DNA from: a virus
Strand: one strand, 5' to 3'
Length of the DNA stretch: 64,000 nt
IMG/VR virus record: IMGVR_UViG_3300017917_001008
Location: 11,211 to 75,210 of that record
Position numbers and translations under genes: made by a program. Shown here piece by piece: positions 8,110 through 17,100 of the stretch. How positions within the stretch are numbered: position 1 is the first letter of the stretch; the number at the start of each line of letters is the position of its first letter. Below the pieces are notes generated by a model. That model ran no database searches. It saw only the letters and a list, made by a program, of their open reading frames with translations, and had not been told where the DNA came from.

Positions 8110-10839
8110 ATGAAAATACGTATTAAAAAAACTCCACTTCCTAAAGCCCAGTATGGTATAGAATGTCCTGAAGGATTTGTTCGGGATGAAAATGGCATCT
8201 GTGTACCAGAAGGACCTCAGAAGTTTAATGTAAATCCTCTGTTAAGTAGTCAACCTTTTAAAGAAGACCAACCTGTTAATAGTCCTCTTAACATGCGTGC
8301 CTACTATGATCCTAATACAGGATTGATAGAAAGTCCGTTTGGTGTAGTGACACAAGAAGACACTCAGATGATTGGCTTTACTGATGACAGGGCTAAGAAC
8401 TTCTTACAGCAACCTGCAAAGAAGGTGGGATTCTTTGATAAGCCTGCTGTAAAGGCAGCGTTTAATCTAAATGACGCCTTTTCTACATTGACCACTGTAG
8501 CATTACCTATTGCTAAATACTTTGATAATAAACAGAAGATCAGGGATGCTAAGCAGAAACAGATTGAAGCTCGTTTTAATACACTCAATCCAGCTCCTAA
8601 GTTCCGTGGAAACTTTAATGACCAGGGATTGTTCAGACCTCAATTAAGAGGTGTGAATGAGGGAATGTTTGGCAATAACTTTAATGCTCCTATCATGGGT
8701 GAATATGGTGGTGAGCTTTCAACCAATAATGCTATGAAAATACGTATCACTCAGGCTCCCAAAATGGAATATGGCGGGCAGTCTAATTATGGTTTGGATA
8801 TAGGTAGAAGAAAGGTGTATACAGATATGCCTGATACCACGTCTGAAGGATCTAAAAGCTCTATGAGCCAATTATCCAATCCAGATGAACCATATATTCT
8901 AGAAGCAGAAGGTGGTGAAACTATCTGGCGTCCAGATGGTACCCATTTTAATATTACTGGTGATAGACATCATAGTGGTGGTGAAAAGCTTACAGCTGAA
9001 CAGGCTCCGGAAGGATCATTCATCTTTTCTGATACAAAGAAGATGGCTATTAAGGATCCTCAGATCCTGGCTCACTTTGGTGTGTCCTATAAGAAAGGTG
9101 GTGTTACTCCTGCAGCTATTGCTAAGAGATTTCCTCTTAATGATTTTATGGCTCGTTTACAAGACAAGACCAGGGAGAGTGATAGTATAGGAATGAAGTC
9201 TGATGAACTGAGTGTAAAAAAGAATATGAGGTATTTGGCAGAGCTTGCTGCTGTACAGGAAGGTATGAAAGGTGAACCTATGCCAATGATGAGTAAAGCT
9301 GTTTTAGAACAAGCTCAGATGCAGCAGGCAGCTTTTGGTGGATATGTAATGCCACAATTCCAGGGTAGCAAAGGATCTAGTCAGGTGGATAGAACCAAGA
9401 TAATGAAACGTACTTACCAACCTGAATTTAGAAAAACCGTGCTGGATCCTAAAAATCCTAAGGATTATGATATCATCTATCCTGCAGGATTTGATGATGA
9501 CATGCCTGATCTGCAAACAGAACATGATGACAAACGTGTGTTTGGTAAGAAAGACTGGACTAATCCAGAGTTAATGGCAGACTTTAGAAAAAGGTTTCCT
9601 GATTTCTTTCAAAAGAATCCTAACTGGGATCCTACTAAGCCAGGAGATACTAAAAAGTTCCAACAGTATTATAACCAGAATCATGATCCATCCTATTTCA
9701 GTGGTGCTGGTGGATATGGTATTGATGATAAGTTTGGTCAACACACATGGAGTGCTCCGGCATGGAATAAAAAGCCAAAAGCTGTTGACCCACAATATAT
9801 ATGTAATGATAAAGGAGAGATTGTTCCTGTAGCTTCTGGTGGTTATAAGACTGTTGAAGAAGCTCGTCAGAACTGTCCTCAGAAGAAGAAAACCGGACCT
9901 AAGTATGTATGCGTTGACGGTAAGGTGATAGAGTCTCCAAGTGGTGTAGGTTATGATTCTGCAGAAGAAGCAGGTATCAACTGTACTTCTAACAAACAGA
10001 AAGAACCTCCATTTGAGTGGTTAGCTCCGGATAAGATGAACCTGGGATGGAAAGCCCAAAATCTTATTCCAAATATATACATGCCCACTATGTATCAATT
10101 ACCAAGAAGACAAGCTCCGTTGGCTCTTGATGATTGGTTTGCAGCAGCACAGAACAGACAAGCTGGATACAACACCGCTATGGATACAGCAGCCCGTACA
10201 AACCAGAGCCAGGCGGTAGGTTCATTCCTTGCTGGTTTGGTTGGTGCTCAGGATGCTACAGATATAGCTAGAGTGAACTCAGCTAACCTGGATCGTGCAG
10301 AACGCAGACAGATGGCTGATATGGAAGCTGATTTCAGAACTGATGTATTTAACCTGGGTCAGAGACAAGAGTATGACAAAGGAATTGCAGTGGCTCAGCA
10401 GCAGTATGATAATGCTCGTCTGCAAAGAGGTGATGCATTTGTACAGGCGTTTGCTGATGGCTGGCAGAATGCAGGAGACTTGTATGACATTAACATGCGT
10501 GATCCATACTTCTATCGTGATCCTAGAAGCAATAAAACCATCTTTAAAGGAGCTGCAGGTAATGTATTTTCCGGAGGAGCATCTCCTGGTTACGGTACTA
10601 ACGGAGCCGGTGGTCTTGAGTCATTAGGTGCTACTGCTAATTCTCTGTATAAGAAATACTATGATAGTCTTTCAGATATAAAGGATGAGAAAGAAAGATC
10701 TAGCATGGCAAAGAGTTTAGTAACAAATGCTATCAATAGTTCTCGTCAGACTAGCACTCAATCATATGATGCTAACGGTATGCCGAGATCATCTAACAAA
10801 AGAAGTTTACGTTTTAACTACTCAGGAAACAGTGAGTAA
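8110..10839 (+). CDS. Virion cargo protein
   Basis: 909 aa; EYGG motifs, EAEGGE..H..GG..IFSD block, tandem Cys repeats. Confidence 0.6.
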   Translation: MKIRIKKTPLPKAQYGIECPEGFVRDENGICVPEGPQKFNVNPLLSSQPFKEDQPVNSPLNMRAYYDPNTGLIESPFGVVTQEDTQMIGFTDDRAKNFLQQPAKKVGFFDKPAVKAAFNLNDAFSTLTTVALPIAKYFDNKQKIRDAKQKQIEARFNTLNPAPKFRGNFNDQGLFRPQLRGVNEGMFGNNFNAPIMGEYGGELSTNNAMKIRITQAPKMEYGGQSNYGLDIGRRKVYTDMPDTTSEGSKSSMSQLSNPDEPYILEAEGGETIWRPDGTHFNITGDRHHSGGEKLTAEQAPEGSFIFSDTKKMAIKDPQILAHFGVSYKKGGVTPAAIAKRFPLNDFMARLQDKTRESDSIGMKSDELSVKKNMRYLAELAAVQEGMKGEPMPMMSKAVLEQAQMQQAAFGGYVMPQFQGSKGSSQVDRTKIMKRTYQPEFRKTVLDPKNPKDYDIIYPAGFDDDMPDLQTEHDDKRVFGKKDWTNPELMADFRKRFPDFFQKNPNWDPTKPGDTKKFQQYYNQNHDPSYFSGAGGYGIDDKFGQHTWSAPAWNKKPKAVDPQYICNDKGEIVPVASGGYKTVEEARQNCPQKKKTGPKYVCVDGKVIESPSGVGYDSAEEAGINCTSNKQKEPPFEWLAPDKMNLGWKAQNLIPNIYMPTMYQLPRRQAPLALDDWFAAAQNRQAGYNTAMDTAARTNQSQAVGSFLAGLVGAQDATDIARVNSANLDRAERRQMADMEADFRTDVFNLGQRQEYDKGIAVAQQQYDNARLQRGDAFVQAFADGWQNAGDLYDINMRDPYFYRDPRSNKTIFKGAAGNVFSGGASPGYGTNGAGGLESLGATANSLYKKYYDSLSDIKDEKERSSMAKSLVTNAINSSRQTSTQSYDANGMPRSSNKRSLRFNYSGNSE

Positions 10840-10894
10840 ACCTGTTAAGTTTAGTTTTAAACTTAGGAGATTTTAGTTTATATTATATATGTAG
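10837..10894 (+). promoter_or_regulatory. Candidate late promoter with inverted repeats
   Basis: Inverted repeat taagttta/taaactta at 10846-10865; TATATTATAT(A)TGTAG motif also present at 54297-54311. Confidence 0.4.
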
Positions 10895-10900
10895 TATCCT

Positions 10901-12388
10901 ATGGCAACATTTATACCTGGCATTACAGATGCAATACCATCAAGGCTGAATTTCAAACCGGATTGGAACCGGGTTGAGAGAGGTCTTATGCTCAGAAGTG
11001 CAGCATATCAGGAAGGAGCACGTCAAGTGAAATCTCTCTATGATTCTGTATTCCAGTCCCCCATGCTCAGAGATGGAAACATTCAGAGACGTGATGCCTA
11101 TTTAAAACAGATATCAGAAGGGTTGAAAAATGTAAGTGCCCTGGATCTATCTATTCTTTCCAATCAGCAGAGTGCTATGCAGCTGTTTGATCCTTTGCAG
11201 AATGATAAGGCCATCATGAAAGACATTGTATGGACTAAAGGTTATCTGCAGGCGTCTAATGAAGCTGAGCGTTTACGTACATCTTCTGATCCAACACAAA
11301 GACGTCAATACTGGGACACCGGTATGAAGTATTTACAATACCAGGCTGAAGATTTTGCCAAGGCTGATGACGACACTGCGTTGTCTATGAGTAAGGCTAA
11401 ATATGTACCTAACGTGGATCTTGTATCTCTTGCAGATAAGATGTACAAAGACATGGGTATTAGTGTACAGGAAGATGTCATCAATGGTGGTTACATCTGG
11501 ACTAAAAAGAATGGTGATATAGCGGTTCCTCTTACACAAAGTATGGTGAATAACCTGTTTAGTCAGGATCCTGCTGTACAGGACATGTTAAGAGTGAAGG
11601 CTGTTGTTATGCGTAAAGACTTTATCAAGCAGAATGCTGCCAAATACGGAAGTGAGGAAGCTGCTGAAAAAGTGTACATCAATGATATTCTAAAGACCGT
11701 TGGTGTAAAACAACAGGAACAAGTTGCAAAGGATTCAGATGAGGTGAAAGACTTAAGGGCTCGTAAAGAGTCATGGAATAAAGTGATTACGGAAAGAGGT
11801 ATTATACCAGGTAGTGATGAGCACAAGAGATATTTAGAGGACATTGGTAAGCTGGAAGCTGCTGAGTCTGCTGCAAAGAATAGCAGAGACCAGGCAGCTA
11901 TTTTCACTACCATGAACCCGGATGATAATAATGATTTAAGGGCTGCCGCTGATCAGGCTGTTGTAATGGCCAACTATATAGCAGAAACCAACCGTGTAGC
12001 TACGTTACTTGCTTATAAGAATACAAGCGTATCTGCTAAAACGGATCCTGTGTATATGGCTAAACTGAACAGTCAGCTAAGTCTGAACCGTTCTTTAGTG
12101 TTAGAGAACGTACGTCAGATGAATAAGATAGCATTTATGGATGAGCAACTTAAACGTGGTATCACTCCTGGTGCCAAAGGTGGAAAGACTGATCCTAAGA
12201 AAGCAGAAAATAATGCTACCAATAATCTATGGGGTCCATATGTAAACCCCGGTGCTACTAACAGTACAACCAATCCTTGGAATTTTAATATAACACCAGG
12301 ATCTAATACGGGTGCGTCTAACAGTGGTGGACAAACTGCATCTGACCCTGTGCGTTCAGAAACCTTGGATCTTCTTAACGGTCAGTAA
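10901..12388 (+). CDS. Virion cargo/ejection protein
   Basis: 495 aa, helical, Cys-free, within the cargo cluster. Confidence 0.55.
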   Translation: MATFIPGITDAIPSRLNFKPDWNRVERGLMLRSAAYQEGARQVKSLYDSVFQSPMLRDGNIQRRDAYLKQISEGLKNVSALDLSILSNQQSAMQLFDPLQNDKAIMKDIVWTKGYLQASNEAERLRTSSDPTQRRQYWDTGMKYLQYQAEDFAKADDDTALSMSKAKYVPNVDLVSLADKMYKDMGISVQEDVINGGYIWTKKNGDIAVPLTQSMVNNLFSQDPAVQDMLRVKAVVMRKDFIKQNAAKYGSEEAAEKVYINDILKTVGVKQQEQVAKDSDEVKDLRARKESWNKVITERGIIPGSDEHKRYLEDIGKLEAAESAAKNSRDQAAIFTTMNPDDNNDLRAAADQAVVMANYIAETNRVATLLAYKNTSVSAKTDPVYMAKLNSQLSLNRSLVLENVRQMNKIAFMDEQLKRGITPGAKGGKTDPKKAENNATNNLWGPYVNPGATNSTTNPWNFNITPGSNTGASNSGGQTASDPVRSETLDLLNGQ

Positions 12389-12405
12389 TAATCAAAGATA
12401 TTTTG

Positions 12406-14175
12406 ATGGAAACTATGCAAAATTTTGAACAGACAGAACAACAAGGACCACCAGCTGGGTTAACCAATCCAGGCGGGACCGTTGTTGATAAGAAGAAACC
12501 TGTCTATGATGTTAATAGAGGATTTGTGCAGGAGAGAGCTGGTTTATATACTAAGAATCTAACAGATTTTGTACAAACAGCTTTTCAAGTTTCTAACACT
12601 CTTCCTAAGGTAAATGGTAAAACTATACAGAGTATAGACCAGTTGCCAGCTTTGATTGAGAAGCATGGTGATGATTTATATAAACAAGCTAAATCTGTCC
12701 TTAGTAATCCGGATCTTACTGATGAAGACGCTGAACGTCTTGTAGTAAGACAAAAACTGGTTGATGATTCTTTTGGTCAGCTTGCTCAGGCTAACAAAGT
12801 CATTAATGAGGACATGCTTAATTCTGCTAAAACTTTAGAAACCAAAACTAAAAACAGAGAAAAAGGTAAATCAGACGGTTATTATACTATACTCTTTACG
12901 TCAGATGGAAGACTTAAGGGTAAGACACAAGCCGAAAAAGATTTACAAGCTGCAAAGCAGAAATATATTGCAGAAGGTATGAAAGCCTGGAGAGAAGCTA
13001 ATCCTCCGCCACAGAACGCTCCGTTATTTTGGCAGCGTACAGATATGCCTAACCCAATGGCCGGTAAGGTGGTGAAAGATCCTGTTACTGGGAAAATGGT
13101 ACAGCTGGATCCTAGACCTAAAATGATTAATAGTCAAGAGGGTTATGCTGCAGCAGAAGCCATGCAGTTGGAAATTCTAAACAATAAGTTTAGAGATTGG
13201 AATTATGATAAGGCTTATAAAGAAGTTACAACTGAGTATAACGATAACACTAAGACTAGAAAGATCCAAGCTGCACAGGAAAACATATTTAAAGATAATG
13301 CGGGTGGTGCTAAGACAGTGATGCAAAAAGCTGAGTTTAGATTTGATATAGATAGAGCACTTACAGATGACATGAAAGACAGAAACCCTGATCTGGTAAA
13401 TGCTATAGAGTTTTTAGAAACGGTGTCAGCAGGAGATGCTAGTATACGTTTTGCTCAAGGGACACTTAGCAGTAATACTGCAGCGGTGCCAAAAGAGTCA
13501 GATGAAGCTTCTATGAAAATGTTACAGGTAGCTTTAGAACAATTTAAAGTGGGGATGCTTGATCAGAACCGTAAAAAGGGTGCTGACAACCGTTTTGCCG
13601 GTAGCATATCTTTTGTTCCTTTAGCAGGTGGTGATGAGAAATACCATGCCTATCATATTAAGTTTAACCAGGGATTTTTTAAAGATCATTTAGGTACTGA
13701 AAAGAATCCGGGGGTAGCTAGAAACTCAGAAGGTATAAACCACAAGTTTATTACAGATGGTATTACGGTGTTCGTACCTAAAGAAGCAAGTCAGAAACTT
13801 ACTATAGGAAGAGAATCTACAAAAGGAACTAGGATTAGTCCTGTGGAAAGCATGATTGCTCTAAGTCCTGATAATTCTTTTAGCAGGAAAATAGATGATG
13901 GAATGGAATATAAGATTACACTGGATAAAAAGACAGGTAAGTATATACTGAGTGGAAATGCTGTTTTGTATAACCCGTCTACTGCTAAGATGGATACTTT
14001 AAACATAAACGATTTAGGATTTCAAAGTAGCTATGACCTAACTGTGGACATAGATGAAATAGAGAAAAAACTATTTCTTTTAGGTCTTGATAGGTTAAAA
14101 ATAAATCGTGCAAGAAGAAGAGAACATACTGCTATACAGGGTGTAAAGAATCCTCAACAACTATCTGGACAATAA
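12406..14175 (+). CDS. Virion cargo/ejection protein
   Basis: ~589 aa, Cys-free; first ATG at 12406. Confidence 0.55.
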   Translation: METMQNFEQTEQQGPPAGLTNPGGTVVDKKKPVYDVNRGFVQERAGLYTKNLTDFVQTAFQVSNTLPKVNGKTIQSIDQLPALIEKHGDDLYKQAKSVLSNPDLTDEDAERLVVRQKLVDDSFGQLAQANKVINEDMLNSAKTLETKTKNREKGKSDGYYTILFTSDGRLKGKTQAEKDLQAAKQKYIAEGMKAWREANPPPQNAPLFWQRTDMPNPMAGKVVKDPVTGKMVQLDPRPKMINSQEGYAAAEAMQLEILNNKFRDWNYDKAYKEVTTEYNDNTKTRKIQAAQENIFKDNAGGAKTVMQKAEFRFDIDRALTDDMKDRNPDLVNAIEFLETVSAGDASIRFAQGTLSSNTAAVPKESDEASMKMLQVALEQFKVGMLDQNRKKGADNRFAGSISFVPLAGGDEKYHAYHIKFNQGFFKDHLGTEKNPGVARNSEGINHKFITDGITVFVPKEASQKLTIGRESTKGTRISPVESMIALSPDNSFSRKIDDGMEYKITLDKKTGKYILSGNAVLYNPSTAKMDTLNINDLGFQSSYDLTVDIDEIEKKLFLLGLDRLKINRARRREHTAIQGVKNPQQLSGQ

Positions 14176-14176
14176 T

Positions 14177-17100
14177 ATGGCAGAAGAAATGGTAAATATG
14201 ATTAGTGCTGAAGCATTAGATACTCAGGCTGCTCAAGCAGAAAGTCTTGATAATGGTTTAGATCTAGAGTTTGCTTCTACTGATGCATTAGATGCAATGG
14301 GTGCATTTAATCTGGAGCAGTTAGATAAAGAACCTGCATCTGCTGGTGACCCTCCAGGTAAACCCAAGCCTCGTACAATGCAAGACCTAAAAAGAGATTA
14401 TGATAAGGATTTGCAGAACTGGAAACAGATTACCAGATATGGTATTCCCATGGCTGCTGATCAGACTCGTAATAAGTTCCAAGCAGCCAGGGTGGTAGAA
14501 TTTGATGCTAGGAAGTTTAACGTAGATAGATATTTAGGTTATGGTAAAAGCACATTTGACAAGGTGGGCTTTTCTCCGTTTGTAGATAACGAGAAGAACT
14601 TTAATCAGAACACTACTATATGGCAGGACTATGGTAGGATGATGAGCGTGTTTGGACCGCTGGTTTACCAGGGTGCTGTGTCAAGTTACCGTTCTCTTGC
14701 TGATACTTTTGGTTCTGATAGACCTGTCTTTTCTTCAGATGATGAAACTGCAAGTGAATACGCCAGGTTGAACAATATCGGTATGTCTACAAAAGGGGGG
14801 CCTTTAGGTTTTGCAAACAACCTTACCCTTAGTATGGCCTACACAGTAGGTACAGCATTAAGTGTTGTAGCAGAAGAAGCTTTACTTTTTGGACTCACTG
14901 TAGCAACTGAGGGTGCATTTGGTGGAGCTGCTGCCGCACGTACTGCTTTTAATATTGGCAGGCTGGGTAATGCTATTAAAAGAGGATTCCAAACAGAGCA
15001 TGTTGCTAACATTCTTAAAGGAAGCACCCAACTGGTTAAGTCCCTGTCTAAGGTGGGGGATGCTAAAGATTTCTACACTGCAGTGAGAACTGGCGGTACC
15101 ACTTTTGCTAAAGGTACATTCCAGTATTTAAACCCTTTTTCCCGTACAGCTGATGATATATACGATCTCTACAGAGGTAGTGCCAGCGTACGTAACATGA
15201 GTAATTTAGCCAAGGCTAAACAAACATTTGGATCTTTCTATAGAGATGTAAGAGATAACAACTTTGCTTTATCAGAATCCAAGCTTGAGGGGGGTAGTGC
15301 TAAGATTGATGCTATTCAAAGGCTCACTGATGAGTATGAGAAAAAGAACGGTAAGGCTCCGGAAGGAGATGACTTGGCTCGTATCTATGATCAGGCTGAA
15401 GATATAGGAAGAGGCGTCACTGCCGTAAACTTCCCGGTTATATTTTTAACCAACCGTGTAGTGCTTGACGGACTGTTTAAGTTCCGTGGTTTTAAAACTC
15501 TTGAGCAAGCTGGAGAGTTGTCAACCAAAGGTATAGGATTTAAGAAAGGCGTAGGTTTTTATGATAACCTGGCAGATGGCTGGCTGAAGAGTTCAGTAAA
15601 TACACTTAAGAACCCTAAAGCATATATCGGTAAAGGTGTTAACTACTTTAGAAGGAATCTCATGGAAGGTGTGCAGGAAAACCTGCAGAACGTCACTTCT
15701 GAAGCTGTGGCTAACTACTATGACGGAGTTTATAAAGATGCTACGCTTGGTGGATTTGACTACGCTGCTGGTCATGCTTGGGATGCCATCAAGAAAGAAA
15801 TGAGTTCCGGTCAAGGACTTGAAACCTTTGCATCAGGTTTTCTAATGGGAGGGCTGATGGGAAAGGCTCAGAACCTATTCTTAAAAGACGTTCCACAGGT
15901 TTACTACTGGACTAAGGATAAGATTGCAGGTACTAACAAACTGCAGGAGTATAAGCTGAATAAACAAAGGACCCGCCAGGATGCTATTAACGGTTTGAAT
16001 GAACTGTATAAGAACCCTCTAAAGTATTTCAGCAGCCGTAATGAAAGTGCTGTGGTTCAGAAACACACATCTGATGTAATGAACCTGGCAGAGGAAAACG
16101 GAGACGCTAAGACTTTCCAGGATGCAAAAGACCTGAAGACCTTTGATAATATCTTTACAGCATTAGATAACGGTACTTATGATACACTGCTTGAACAGTT
16201 CAAGGAGCTTAAGAAATTAAGTAATGATGAGCTGGCTAACTTCTTAGGTGTTGATAAAGCAGATCCTAAGATGATGAATAAGCTGGATGAGGTGGTTACC
16301 CGTGCTGCACAGATCAAAGAGCGTTATGATGTTGTAAACGACCGGTTCAAGAATCCGTTCTCTCCTAAGAACTTTAAGTTCGGTACAGAAGAGTTTACTA
16401 AGGAAGCTATTGCTTTCAGAGCATTTGAAGCTGCTAAGAAATCAGCTGTTATTTCCCAGTACGGTTTTGACCGTGCCCTGGAAAGAATGAACGGTTTATA
16501 CCAGGATCTAAGTAGCAACCGTCCTATTAGGAAAGCTTCCGGTAGTGACATCACTGTACTTACAGATCTAAACACACTGGACAATGAGATCAATCTCCTG
16601 GATAAGGAAGTGAAATCTTATGCCGGTGTAACAGATAAAGACCAGAAGAAGCTAGCTGAGCAGAAGAAAGAGAAGCTGGATCTTTTAATGGACTACAGGG
16701 ATAAGCTACGTACCTATAGAGAAAGAATGGGTGAGAATGAGAGAGATGAGAATGGTCAGATTATTATCAGTTTTAATGACGCAGCTGAACCTTTAAAAAA
16801 TAGTTATAAAGCATATCTCCGTTACCTTGGTAAAGTTGCTGATGACTACATGTTTGATGACAAGATAGACGAGTCATTTAACAAGGTGCTTGACTACTAT
16901 AGTTTGGATAGTGATGCTAAAAATTATAGTAAGGTGGTAAACAACCTGATGGATCCATTGAATCTGTACAGGCATTCACAGATGATTGCGGCTAATTTTA
17001 CCAAGCTGTTCCAAAACAGGGAGATAGATGCTGAGGAAAGAATTGCCAGAAGCCAACGCTTAGTTGAGCTTAATCAGCTTCTGTTGGCTTTCACTGCCAA

